Assembly: GCA_030390025.1 (NCBI GenBank)
Contig: CM059431.1
Span: forward strand, 144,958,001-145,022,000
DNA: 64,000 bases
DNA from: Squalus acanthias
Lineage: Eukaryota
Direction of reading: 5' to 3'
Part shown: piece after piece, positions 38,775 through 51,699 of the stretch
How positions within the stretch are numbered: the stretch's first letter is position 1
Layout of the letters: each line of letters begins with the position of its first letter
Made by a program: the position numbers and the translations under genes
The notes under the pieces: generated by a model
What the model saw: the letters and a program-made list of their open reading frames with translations, nothing else
The model's database searches: none
What the model was told of the DNA's origin: nothing

Positions 38775-40458
38775 ATGATACGGCCAATAATTCTACAGAT
38801 AAGGGACATTTACTACCATATGCTCGCAGCCTTCGGTGTTCCCGGTAAGTCAATGTATCCTGCTGTCTAATAGTTGTTGACTATCTCAGTGTTAATGTAT
38901 CAGATTCCGAGAATGTCCTCATTGCAGAATCATTGATCCACCGGGATCAGTCGGTGAATATCAGTGGGAATCTTGCCACACCGCGCGGCCGCTGAGGCGC
39001 TGTTCTGGTCGCTAGATCGTGGGCACCGGGCGCTCAACTGTCTTCCCTATACTGTGGGAGGGCAAGGCGGATTCCCCGGCCCCTCCTACAGTACATAGAT
39101 CACTGAAGACGGTGTTGCTCATTGCCCATAGTAATCATCTGATTCGTACCTTTGTCCTCTGTCTATTTTAAGTTGATAATTCCTGGCACTTCGCCACCTC
39201 CACCCAAGACTGGACTTTGAAAGGTAATTTGAGAAATAATTGTTGCTCGGGGAGCTGCTCCCCTCCTCTCGGCAGCGTTTCGAATTCAATTGAACTGTTT
39301 TCTCTCAGTTGAATGTTTTATTTGAATTATATCTTTCCATGAATTGCCGTGGAATTATATTTAATACTTGACTGAAGTTTGCTGGAAGGACGGCGGTTTT
39401 CAATCCCTCGGTATTGAATTATCAATGATTACATTTCTTTAAATAAAGTGTCTTTATCCGCGCTTATATTAATGTTAAAAAATCTATGCGCATAACGCTG
39501 AATAGGGACAGTAACGAACATTTCCCCACAATAAGCTGTGAGACGTATCCGACTGCCTCCGTTACTGACCTCTTCCACCTCTTTCTCACAGCGAACCTAC
39601 TGACAATCCTGATTCTCTCCAGAGGAAACTGCGGCCTTTCCAAATGTATCTCTGTCTGCATGGTGGCCATGGCAACAGCAGATCTACTGGTAATGATCAT
39701 CAATATATTAGTGAACCGCATTATCAGTCATCACTTTCCACATTCCTTCCTGTCCTACACTTCCGTCTGTAAAAGCATTATATACATGCAATGTGTCACC
39801 CTGTATGTGTCGGTGTGTTTTACAGTCTCGTTCACATTTGACCGATTTGTAGCTATATGTTTTGAGAAGTTTAAAACAAAGTATTGCACAGTGAGAACGG
39901 TCTCTCCTGATCTGTTTACAGAGCCTCCCTTTTTGGTTTGCATATGAAACTGAGAGAATAATTAACAATGTTCACTGGGGTTGCCGCGCCAGAGTGGAGT
40001 TTTTTTCATCGCCTGCAGGTGCAGCATACTCCTGGTTGGAAAGTATTTTCATTGCTTGGCTTGCTTTTGCTTTGATATTACTATTTAATTGTTTGACAAT
40101 CAGACGCATTTTAGTGGCCAGTAGAGCCTGCAGGGGACTCCGGGGTCACAGCACTGAGAATCAGAGCGATCCAGAGATGGGGAACCGAAGGAAATGCATT
40201 ATTTTACTGTTCAGTGTATCGGGCAGTTTTATATTGTTGTTGCTAACAGCTATCGTTAGTTTTTTAACTACCAGACTGACAAACACCGCGCAATATCGAG
40301 GTGATTATGCAGCTCCTGCCTATATTGCCACTGAAACCGGATATATGCTCATGTATTTGAGTTCCTGTACAAACACATGTATTTATGCAGCTACCCAAAG
40401 TAAATTCAGGGAAGAGCTGAAGAATGTGGTGAAATGGCCTTGCACATTTTTTGGTTAA
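38775..40458 (+). pseudogene. GPCR copy C: divergent GPR139/GPR142-like paralogue, frameshifted; exon1 38775-38844, exon2 from 39592
   Basis: Exon 1 reads MIRPIILQIRDIYYHMLAAFGVP plus G|GTAAGT; acceptor TCTCACAG|CG. A net 23-nt deletion relative to copy D at ~39896-39906 (start of TM4) shifts the frame. The remainder (ECL2 to TM7) is in the frame of ORF 39994-40458. Confidence 0.85.
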
Positions 40459-40824
40459 AATATAAAAAAGTTATCTAAAGCATCATGTTCTAACTAGAAT
40501 TAAATTACAGCAGGTGTTCCATTTTAGAATAGCCGTCTGTCCTTTAAGAAGGAAATGGGTTGTTGTTGTTAAAATAAACAGGTATCAGAGAACATTTCTT
40601 CCACTTTGTGCCGTGTGTTTGATGTCTATCGCTTTCCCCGGGCGAACAGAATCGATTAAGCTAAAACAGCGCGCTTCCCGCTCAAGATCCAAAGAGAACA
40701 GTCATGACTGAGCTTTAGCAGTGGAGTGGAACATGTGGGCGTCAGCGATAACTACCTCACAACGCAGGTACTGCAATGAGACGCTCCAGTTTAATAAATA
40801 TATACAGTTTCCGTTAATGTAGAA

Positions 40825-41591
40825 ACATTGGCCCAGAAATTGGAGTTCGATGTTTGCCGCGGGGCTAAGGATCCCCCGCGATATCGCACTCCGCGCCTAC
40901 CTTTATGGTTTTGGCCCACACGAACTTCAGTTCCTGGGCCTCTCCCTGGTGCCGACGCGCAGTGTGTGCGTGTCTCAGAGGCGCAGTTAGTGCGATGCGA
41001 CCTCTGGGATCACGTGGGCCAGTTCGAGCCAATGGCAGCACACCATCTTTCATTCATAGTTTTGACAGCAAGTGCTGTCAACACTATGAATACAACAAGC
41101 CCCCAAAAAAACAGCTAAACCTCAATTAAATTTTTTTTAAAAAGCCATCACATTAATAAAATAACTATAGTTAAATAAATTAACCACTTTAAACAAAAAT
41201 GTAAATTTTGGAAAAAATGTTAATTCTTTTTAAAAGTTATAAAAATAAACTTACCTTTGTTTAAAGTCTCTAAAAAAGATAAACCTGTTGAAATTTTTTT
41301 TAAATAATACTTAATTAACTACTTACCTTGTTAAAAGGGGGTCTTACGCCTGCTTTCTTTATGTGTAAAATCTTACCTGCGCGTTCAAACCTGAAAAAAA
41401 AACTGAGTGCGCTGCGTGCCCACAAACTGTAGCGCACACGTGGTTCACTTCGGAACCGCCCCCTTCGCAATACCCGGTGCCGGTTTCCCGCGCATTCGCA
41501 GTGCATGCAGGAAACCGGCACTTCGGGACCTAATACGCGAGAGTACACAGTGCGTACTCTCCCGCATTAGTTCTAATTTTCGGGCCAATGT
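40825..41591. mobile_element. MITE-like non-autonomous element with terminal inverted repeats
   Basis: ACATTGGCCCAGAAATT at 40825 and AATTTTCGGGCCAATGT ending at 41591; CpG-rich arms, AT-rich core, no coding capacity. Confidence 0.6.
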
Positions 41592-43959
41592 GTTACAATG
41601 GTGGTTATTCGTAATTCTGTAATCTCGGTGTGAATGTTGCAGGCGCTGGTCTCCCCATCAGACTCCGCCCCCCATTGTCTCATGGACCAATAGAACGGGG
41701 CCTGTCTCCTATCAGTGTCGAATGATGGAGACAGTAGGAACTTGACTCGTCAATGTGACAATAGACATCTTTGTTCACAGATATTTACTTAAAATTTCAA
41801 CGGGTCATCAACATGTTGGAATGCTACGACAGGGGAGCAGGCTGCTCGACCGAACCAATCCTAGCCGGCGATTACCCTCCACCCTAACAATTACTTCCAA
41901 TCTCTGTACCCGCTCTTTCTCAACATCCCTTCAATATTTTTGTATTCACCATCTGTGCAATTGAATACTGATATAATTTCTGCCTCCGTTAAATCCTAAG
42001 TTTCTCAACTTTCCATGTAAAGAGGTGTCACCTACCCTCAGTTCTAAATTTCTTACGGTTATTATTTAATCAATGGCCATTTTTTACAGATCGCTCAATT
42101 AATGGAAGCAGTCTGTTACTAACTATCAGTACCCGTCCCTGTATTACTTAAATCACCTGAGTAACCTGATATTAACAGACAATATAGTAAAAGTCAGGAA
42201 AGTGTAGTTACAATGGCCAATTGATAGCTTCCTGAGGGAAATGGTTGTGTCCTTGTTTGTACTGAACAATTAGGAGAATGTATTGGTTAGCTTTTCACTA
42301 TCTGTAACATCGGGACATGCAGGGAGAGATTCTAATGAAACACCTCCGGACACCCGATCCATTGATAGATTTCCAGAAAGGGCAGGAGTGTCTTGTATCG
42401 GATATCTTGTGCTGGGTGATCTTGGGATATCGCTGTGTGAGCAGAAATGTTGTGAAGCAACCAGCATGCGGAACATTTGATGAAGTTGCGCAGAAGAACG
42501 GGTCCATGACATGGTTAGTCACGCTGATAACACCACTGTGTAAAATGGTTAATTCGTCTCTAGAGAATGAAAACATGTGTAAAACCAACGGTAGAGATCT
42601 GCGCAAATGAGTCGGTCGAGATACATATTTGGTGCTGATGAGATATTGTTTAGTGATGGCTTTAAATACTCTAACACCAGCAGAGGGGGCACTATGAGCA
42701 TAGGGTTAATCACACTGTCCTGAACTCTGTTAATGTTATATTGTATTGGCTTCTCTTTATATTGTAGTCATTTCAATCTTTAGCCCTTGCGTGTTAAGTA
42801 GGGAAGTAGAAGTCAGTCTAAATAAGATTGCTCTGGCTGATGGGCCAGGGCTGACCCTGCAGCAATGGCCAGTTTCAGGATGAAGTAATCAGATATGTAA
42901 TTACAGACATGCCATCCCAAAGTGATTCATAATGTTTTAGAGAACTTTAATCATTTGATAACGTGTGAGAAAGTGTTACTTCTGCAAAGGAATTCGTCTG
43001 GACATACATCATCATTTTTAATTGACATCAGTGATACAGAAACAAAGCAAAACTTATCATTCAATATTTCACTTGGTAGAATTGTAATTATACGGATCAA
43101 GGGTGAAACTATCGATTATATAAAGAACTCAGGTGAAAATAAATATTAGCCCAATGGAGAAACACAGCTTGTTTAGTAAGCAAAGCTATCGTGATTGATG
43201 AATATATGTAAATTAATTCACCGTATATATTGAGTTGAATTTTAACTATTATATATTTATGTAATACAAAATTGGGTGGATTTCGAAGTAGAGGGAGTGA
43301 GCGAAATATATAAAAACGAGCTGCTTGTAATGAGTATTTGAAACACATTTTGAATTCCCAACCAACCATCATCAGATGCGTCTTTATTGTGTGCCTTTTA
43401 AGTGTGTTTAATAATACTGCATGTACTGCATGCTCAATAAACCGATGACACCGCACTACAATGTTCAATAACCTTATTGAAACCCTTACTCTAACAATAG
43501 CCTCAGTTGTTTAAATGTGAATGGGCTTTTTTAATTAATTCTGATTAAGCGTCCCCTTTAGCCATCACTTTTTAACGTCTCGCGTCATCCTGAGGTTCAA
43601 AAAGCCAAACGCCACCTGGTTTCATTTCCCGTGTATTCCAGGCTCTGCCAATCCTGCTGGCATCCAGCTTCTTTGGGAAGTGATAGAGAATTGCGGGCAG
43701 TTTTTGTTGTAATCGCCACATTCTCATTTAACTGGATTCAGACGGCCAACTGTATTTAAGGCAGGATTCAGGAACCAGACAGAGGTTTTAATTCTATCAG
43801 TCAGCGATGTATCTGCAACCAGTTACAATCGTGAGACGGCGATGTGTAATCAACCACATCATCTAATATCAGCAAGTAAAATAGAGAGCAAAGGCATGAA
43901 CAATTTACCCTTAACATTACCGTGTCAAATCGAGTCCCATTTGGTTGTGATTCTCCTGT

Positions 43960-45130
43960 CCCTGTTTCTAATTATTCAGTTGGTGTGTTTCCTTTGGTTT
44001 CTCTGTTTCTAATTAAACAGATACTGTGGTTCCATGGCATTCCGTGCATGCTATTTGTTATTAAACAGTAACTATGTTCCCCTGTGTCCTCCATCTATAT
44101 ACATGTTCCACGAGGCCAATTTCTAATTCAACCGGTACTGTGTTCTCCTAAATTTCCTGTTCTCTATTGATAATAAAATAGATATTTTTTCCCTAACTCC
44201 CCGTTCTCTGTTCCTAATCCCCGTGTTCCCCATTTTTAATTAAACCGTTACGATTTTCACCTATACCCTCCTACTTCCCATTAATAATTATACTGTTACT
44301 GTGCTCCACTACATTTAACTTTATTCTATTCCTAATTAAAGAGTTACTGTGTTCCATTACATTCAACTTTATTCTTATTCTTATTCTAATTAAACAATTA
44401 CTGTGTTCACCTAAATCCCCCTATTCCCCGTTTATAATTAAGCAAGTGCTAAGTGGCAACACGGTGGCATAGTGGTTAGCACTGTTACCTCACAGCGCCA
44501 GGGACCCGGGTTCGAATCTGGCGTTGGGTAACGGTCTTTGTGGAGTTTGCACATTCTCCCTAGTCTGCGTGAGTTTCCTCCGGGTGCTCTGGTTTCCTCC
44601 CACATTCCAAAGATATGTGGGTTAGGTTGATTTGGCTATGATAAATTGACCCTTAGTGTTAGGGGGATTAAATACACGGGGATAGGGTGGGATATGTGTC
44701 GGTGCAGGCTCGATGGGCCGAAATGGCCTCTATCTGCACTGTGGGGATTCTGTGATTCCCCTATAATATCCTATTCACCATTTAAAATTAAACAATTAAT
44801 CTGTTCCCCTAATCCACCGTGCCCCATTTATAACTAAACAGTTACTGTGCATCCCCATTCCCCATTTATAATTAAACAGTTACTGTGTTCCCCTATATAC
44901 ACCGTTCCACATTTATAGTTAAACAGTTACTTTGTTCATCTATATACACCGTTACACATTTATATTTGGAGAGTTACTGTATTCTCCTAAGTTTCACTGT
45001 ACTTTATTTGTAATATAACAATGACTGTTTTCCACTAAAGTCACCTTTATTCTACTTCTAATTAACAGTTGGCGTAAATTCGCCTGCTCTGTATGTGGAA
45101 TTAAAGAGTTACTGTATTATCGGGAATTCC
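43960..45130 (+). repeat. Degenerate ~47-bp tandem repeat (AATTAAACAGTTACTGTGTTCCCC...) interrupted by a SINE
   Basis: The AAACAG anchor recurs at 44015/44063 and 44874/44921. Confidence 0.7.
44454..44757 (+). mobile_element. HE1/V-SINE-like tRNA-derived SINE
   Basis: A box TGGCATAGTGG, B box GGTTCGAATC, V-domain TGTGGAGTTTGCACATTCTCCC..GGTTTCCTCCCAC, and a CR1-like 3' tail ATGGGCCGAAATGGCCTC. Confidence 0.85.
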
Positions 45131-45179
45131 CCTTTGTTCCCTATTTCCCGTTGTGTCCTCTCCGAGCTCATTTTGACCA

Positions 45180-46735
45180 CGAGCCCCACCTCGTGCTCTC
45201 CCGACCCTATTCCCGCTAAACTGCAGATCACCTAGCTTCCCTTTCTAAATCTCATGCTAGCTGATGTTATGAACGATTCCGTCAGCTCAAGCACTTTCCG
45301 CACCCTTTGAAATCTGCCGTCATCGCCCCGACCTAACAAATCCACAATTGACCCCTCTGTCTTTGCAAACACCGCCCCATATCCAACCTCCTATTCTTCT
45401 CCTTGAAGTTATAGCCGTCTCCCAGATCTTTCTGGCAGCTCCATGTTTGAATTTTTCCAGTCAGGTTTCTGCCCTTGTCACTGCATTGAAACCGTCCTTA
45501 TTGAAGTCACAAATTATATTCTTATGGGACTGTAACCATGGTGCATTTTGCATTCTCATTCTTCCCGGCTTTGACACGATTGACGACACCATCCTTCTCC
45601 AACGCCACTCCTCCATTTTCCAGCTGAGTGAACTGCAGTCACCTGGTTCCACTCCTCCCTCTGCAGTCACAGCCAGAGAATATCCTGCAATGCCTTATAT
45701 TCGAGCTTTCGCACCGTTACATCTGGAGTCCCCGAATGTTATATTCTTTTGCCCTCCTATCTATATTCTGCCCCTTAGCAACGTCATCCGGAAATACAAC
45801 GTCAGATTCCATATATACACTGACGACGCATCTGTCTACCTCACCAACAGTTCTCTCCACACCTCCCTGTTTCTGAGATATCAAAGTATTTGACTGACAT
45901 GCGGTCCTGGAAGAGTCAACATTTCCTTCAATTAAACATTGGGCAGACTGAATCCATTGACCTTGGTCCCAGCGACAAACTCCGTTCTCTAGCCACCGGT
46001 TCCATCTCCCTCCCTGGCCAATGTCTCAGGCTCAAGCAGATTGTTCACATTCTCGGTCTCCCTTTTGACCATCCATCTGACCTTCTGACCCCAGATCGTC
46101 TCCATCACAAAGACCGTGCAACGTCACCCAGCTCCGCCCCTTCTGCCGCTAAGCCCCTCCAGGCTTTGCCGCCTCCAGACCTGGTTTATCCAATGCTATC
46201 CTGTCCCGACTCCCATCTTCCACCCTCCATAAACTGTGAAGCTCACCCGAAACTCTGCTGCCCAGAACCGAACTCGCACCAAGTCCCATTCACACATCAC
46301 CCTCTGTTCAGTGAACTACATCGGATCCTGTTCCAGCAACGGCTCGATTTTAAAATTCTCATTCTCCTGTTCAAATCCCTCCATGGCCTCGCTGCTCCCA
46401 GTCTGTGTAACCTCCTCCAGCCCTACAATCCTCCGAGAACTGTGCATTGCTCATTCTCTTACCTCTTGTGTATCCTCCATTTCCTTCACCCCATCACTGG
46501 AGGCCGGGCCTTTAGCTGTCTAGGCCCATAACTCTGGAATCCGCTCCCTAAGCTTCTCCATTTCTCTCCTTTAAGACTCTCCTTTGAACCTACCTCTGAT
46601 CACAATTTTGTTCACCTGTCCTCATGGCTCCTTCTTTCGTCCGCTATCCTATTTTGTCTGATTACGCTGATGTGACGTGTCTTGGGGTATTTTAATAATT
46701 TAAATGCGCTACATAATTAAACGTTGTTGTTGTCG
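45180..46735 (+). mobile_element. L2-type LINE, 5'-truncated and decayed
   Basis: FHIYTDD, FLQLNIGQTE, QRLDFKILILLFKSLHGLA, GGRAFS; ends in a (GTT)n tail. Confidence 0.85.
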
Positions 46736-48379
46736 TAATGAACATTCCATCCTGACCAGTTCCCTAACCCACACATATCTTGATTGTTCGGTCCATTTAC
46801 AATGATCAGTGGGGTTGGGCTGTTGTGACGATTAACTTGTCATAACCAGTCATCCTGGCCAATCCCGTCACTCACATGTATCTAGGTGGTTCGGTCCATT
46901 TACAATGATCCGTGGGGTTGGGTTGTACTGATTCCATCAGTGGGACTGAACCGCTGATCATCACACTCTCCTGGTTCAGTACAGGAAAGGACTCTGACCC
47001 CGATTCAATAAGCATTTATCTGCATCAGCACTGGGGCAGAGAGAATCACAGCTTAGTGACTGTTCTCAACTGATGGGCACTCAATTGCTCCCTACAGACT
47101 TCACCATGTCAAGCTGGACTCAATCTGCCCTGTACAGATGATGGAAAGTATTGGCTCCGAAAGGGGTTGCTGTAATGGTAAAAACGAAAGGGAGGAAGGT
47201 GACGCCTCACTTTAATGTTCCACTGTCAAGATTATCTACGAGCTGAGGGAGAATAAACCCTTGTTTTACCAACGGAGCAACGATATCCCTGACCATAAAC
47301 GGGAGCGTGAGGGGAAGGATACAGATGTGGAGAACACTCCACTCTTTGGATGGTGCCAGTTCCAGCTCGCGGTGTTATGTTGTATATCCGACTGTTCTAT
47401 ATGAAAAGCGCAAGCACTTCACCGGCCAGGGGGAAAGAATGAGTTTACACTGAAACCGCGCATGGTGGTTAGAAAACCGAGAGCCCCCGTTTATTGGTCA
47501 ATCACATGTAGTGATGTAACGGACCCAATACAGTCACCAGACCCCAGTCCACTTACACTGGATCCATAACAATCAGAGCAAAAAACCCTGAGGTCTCCGG
47601 CAATCCAAACAATAACATTAAATGGGCATTGAGGGGGCGGCCGTCGGGCTGGGAGGATGTGGTGAGTGGACTAAAGAAAGGCTCTCAACTACTAATCTTA
47701 CAATACATTGGCTACTGAAAGGCAGGCGATGATCAGTGACCTCCCCGGAGCAGTCAGGGTAACATGAGTCAGTGCCCCATGTAACAGTGCGCTATAATAA
47801 CCATGTTCACCTTTGCCAGTCCCCTGGCCTCATTGCATTGATCAGCAGAGAGCTGGATAGCAAAGTGCAGGAGGGGCCTTAATACCCTTCACCCCACCCC
47901 ATCCTTTCCCGACAGGCCTTCCTTCAATCAGACCGACATGTTGCAAACCAGTGGAAGACTCACATGACGCTTATTAGCTGCTTTCTGCCCGTTATCACTC
48001 TCATTAAGGACCGCTTTCTGGCCCCTGGGTTATATTCCAGATAAAGCCAAGCGGAGCGGCTTCCACACTCTGCACTTTCTTCTGAATGGGGAAAGAAACC
48101 AACACCGAATCTAAGGAAGTGCCGCATCAGTCACACAAGAAACGTGCAGAACAGCATCAGTCAATCAGGTCCCAACCGCCTGTTGCTGAAGGCCCACTGA
48201 GCAGAGGGGAGAGGCTGGGATGATAGGGCCTATAATTGTAGGAATCGGCAGGGGCACCGCGGGTTATCAAAAGACGAAAGCACACAGAATGGTTTCCTTT
48301 CATTTTTAGCTCTATTTGGATAATGTGAAATAATTTGGGCAAGGTGGGGTGTCCCGGCGAGATAGACGTATTAATAAAA

Positions 48380-48890
48380 CGATAGAGAGTCAGTGGAGAA
48401 GTTTCAACAAATAATTACAAGATTTAGACCAGAACCGAGAGGTTATGACTATCAGGAAAAATTGAACAGACTGGGGCTTCCTTCTGTAGAAAAGAGAAGG
48501 CTGATGGGTGACCTGATAGAAGTCTTTAAACTTATGAAGAGCTTTGATTGGTGAAATGTAGAGAAGATGTTTCAACTGGCTGGATTATCCTGAACTAGTG
48601 ACCATATTGGATCTTCACAAATACATCCAACAGGGAATTCAGGAGAAACTTCTTTACTCAGATAGTTGTGAGCATTTGGAACCCGCAACGATAGGAATAA
48701 TTGAGGCAAATAGCTTAGATGCATTTAAGGGGAAGCTAGATAAGTACATGAGGGAGAACGGAAAAAAATGATATGTTGATAGGTTTGCATGAAGAAGGGT
48801 GGGAGGAGGCACCTTTGGAACATAAATACCGGCCTGGATCATTTGGGCCGAATGAACTGTTTCTGTGCTGTAGATTCTATGTAATTGTTT
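48380..48890 (+). mobile_element. Old CR1 3' fragment
   Basis: AAAAGAGAAGGCTGA..GTGACCTGATAGAAGTCTTTAA and a tail TGGGCCGAATGAACTGTTTCTGTGCTGTAGATTCTATG. Confidence 0.7.
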
Positions 48891-49489
48891 GTAAAAAGAG
48901 AATCAGGATGTTTTCCGATGGGAGCCTCGGTAGTTGTGGAGGAGCGCTCCATGATAGCGGGACTAGTTTAATTTTCAGATGTCTCTGAGCTTAGTTCTGT
49001 TCCGATGCCGCCTCTGACCTGCAGTCACAGATATCTAACAGCGGGCACTGGGCTCTCCTGGGCGCCTTCGTCCTGAAGCGAATCTCCAGCTGCCTGCTTG
49101 CCCTGCTGCTCCTCATCATTTCCCTCTTCCTGCTCTACATAGAATCAGCTACAGGGGAAGGTTCAAGAAAACACTCAGCGCCGGTGGTGATGGAGAAACC
49201 GTTCGTGCGCTGGAGATAGTAAAACGCCAAAAACATGGAATTTTACCGAAGAAAGTTTCCCCAAGAACACAATAATAATAAAGTGGTTCCAATAGGAAAC
49301 GCTCCTGAAAACATCCGCCGAGCAACAAGCAGTATCTCTTTGGTGGGGGTTTGTGAGTCAGACTATGGACAGTAGAGGGGGAAATTCCAATAGTTTTAAC
49401 TCCCATTTTCATCCAGCGGCCAGAGCGAGTGCTGGAAATTTTGGTCCGTCGGAAAATCAGCGCCAGACATTTCCACCGCATGTCCTGCA

Positions 49490-50326
49490 CGGGTCACCTC
49501 TTGTGTAAGTGTCGTATATCACCAGTATTGGATGAGCGCGGTCACACCTCGAGTAAATGTATTGGAGCGGGTAATACCGGAGGAGCATTGTCACTTCTCA
49601 TGTAAGTGTAGGTGCCACGTTTACAGGAGGAGCTCGGCAACTTCTAGAATAGGTGTAGGGGCACCACTAGTGCAGGAGCAGCTCGGCAATCTGTCGTGTC
49701 AGTGTAGGGGTACCACTAGTACAGGAGGAGCTCGGCAATCTCCAGTATAGGTGTAGGGGCACCACTAGTACAGGAGGTGCTCGGCAAATACTCGTGTCAG
49801 TGTAGGGGCAACGCTAGTACAGGAGGGGCTCGTTCACCTCCAGTGTAAATGTAGGGGCACCACTAATACAGAAGGAGCACGGCAATCTCTACTGTAAGTG
49901 TAGATACCACTAGTACAGGAGGAGCACGGCAATCTCTACTGTAAGTGTAGAAACCACTAGTACAGGAGGAGCACGGCAATCTCTACTGTAAGTGTAGATA
50001 CCACTAGTACAGGAGGAGCACGGCAATCTCTACTGTAAGTGTAGATACCACTAGTACAGGAGGAGCACGGCAACCTCTACTGTAAATTTGGGGGTACCAC
50101 CAGTACCGGAGGGCCTCGGCCACCTCCAGTAAAAGTGTAGGATACCACCAGTACAGGAGCAGCTCGGTCACCTCCAGTGTAAGTGCAGGGGCACCACTAG
50201 TACAGAAGGAGCACGGCAATCTCTCGTGTAAGTGTAGCGGTACCACGAGTAACGGAGGAACTCAGTCACCTGCAGTGTAAGTGTAGGGTAACACCAGCAC
50301 AGGAGGACACGGTCACCTTTAATGTA
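49490..50326 (+). repeat. 47-49-bp satellite array (GTAAGTGTAG..TACCACTAGTACAGGAGGAGCACGGCAATCTCTACT)
   Basis: Period 47 at 49877/49924. The same family resumes at ~52870 after the Penelope and L2 insertions. Confidence 0.85.
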
Positions 50327-51687
50327 CATGATGCGGAGATGCCGGTGTTGGACTGGGGTGGACAAAAATGAGAAGTCGCACAACACCAGGTTATAGTCCA
50401 ACAGTTTTATTTGAAATCACAAGCTTTCGGAGCTGTTGCTCCTTCATCGGGTGAAGTAACGAGATACAGAATCGCCAAAGCATATATAGATAGAGAACAA
50501 TGCATGTGTACCTTACAATGGTAGACGACTAAATTTAATCATCCTCACTGTTTATCTGCCGAGGTGTGACAAAAGGCAATCAGGTCAGCCAGGAAGATCC
50601 CACATCAAAGACATAGCAAGATACAACTGAGACAATAAGGTGGAGTTACAGGGGGTCTAACGTGTCAAAAGCTGCAGTCAGTATGTAAAACGATAAACTT
50701 TAAAAAAAAATTACTTTTTTACTGGGAATCACATCTGTGAATAAGCCAACAACGACTCGAGTCTGGATCACGTCATGTATCGTGACATAAACCCAAGATC
50801 CCGGTTGAGACCGTCTTCATGAGTGCGGAACTTGGCTATCAGTTTCTGCTCGATGATTTTGCGTTGTCGTCTGTTTCTAAGGCCGCCTTGGAGAACGCTT
50901 ACCTGCAGATCCGAGGCTGAATGTCCTTGACTGCTGAAGTGTTCCCCGACTGGGAGGGAACACTCCTGCCTGGTGATTGTTGCGCGGTGTCCGTTCATAC
51001 GTTATCTCAGTGTCTGCATGGTACATCGGCGAGACCATGCAGACACTGAGACAACGTATGAACGGACACCGCACAACAATCACCAGGCAGGAGTGTTCCC
51101 TCCCAGTCGGGGAACACTTCAGCAGTCAAGGACATTCAGCCTCGGATCTGCAGGTAAGCGTTCTCCAAGGCGGCCTTAGAAACACACGATAACGCAAAAT
51201 CATCGAGCAGAAACTGATAGCCAAGTTCCGCACTCATGAGGACAGTCTCAACCGGGATCGTGGGTTTATGTCACGATACATGACATGATCCAGACTCGAG
51301 TCGTCGTTGGCTTGTTCACAGATGTGATTCCCAGTAAAAAAGTAATTTTTTAAAAAAGTTTATCGTTTTACATACTGACTGCAGCTTTTGACACGTTAGA
51401 CCCCCTGTAACTCCACCTCATTGTCTCAGTTGTATCTTGCTATGTCTTTGATGTGGGACCTTCCTGGCTGACCTGATTGCCTTTTGTCACACCTCGGCAG
51501 ATAAACAGTGAGGATGATTAAATTTAGTCGTCTACCATTGTAAGGTACACATGCATTGTTCTCTATCTATATATGCTTTGGCGATTCTGTATCTCGTTAC
51601 TTCACCCGATGAAGGAGCAACAGCTCCGAAAGCTTGTGATTTCAAATAAAACTGTTGGACTATAACCTGGTGTTGTGCGACTTCTCA
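50327..51687 (-). mobile_element. Penelope-like element 3' end (GIY-YIG) as a fold-back palindrome with TSD
   Basis: AWYIGETMQTLRQRMNGHR..LPVGEHF..EQKLIAKF..GLNRD. Arms 50369-51022 and 51034-51687. TCACCTTTAATGTA occurs at 50313-50326 and 51685-51698. Confidence 0.92.
51606..51637 (+). ncRNA. Hammerhead-like motif in the Penelope terminal repeat (mirror copy at ~50419-50450, minus strand)
   Basis: CCGATGA-A-GGAGC-AACA-GCTCC-GAAA-GCTT; the core differs from canonical CUGAUGA by one base. Confidence 0.5.
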
Positions 51688-51699
51688 CCTTTAATGTAG

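Noticed and set aside
44454..44530. Possible tRNA gene (A and B boxes)
   Set aside because: It continues directly into a V-SINE body and a LINE-like tail, so it is a SINE head. The same applies at ~1440, ~20990 and ~63930.
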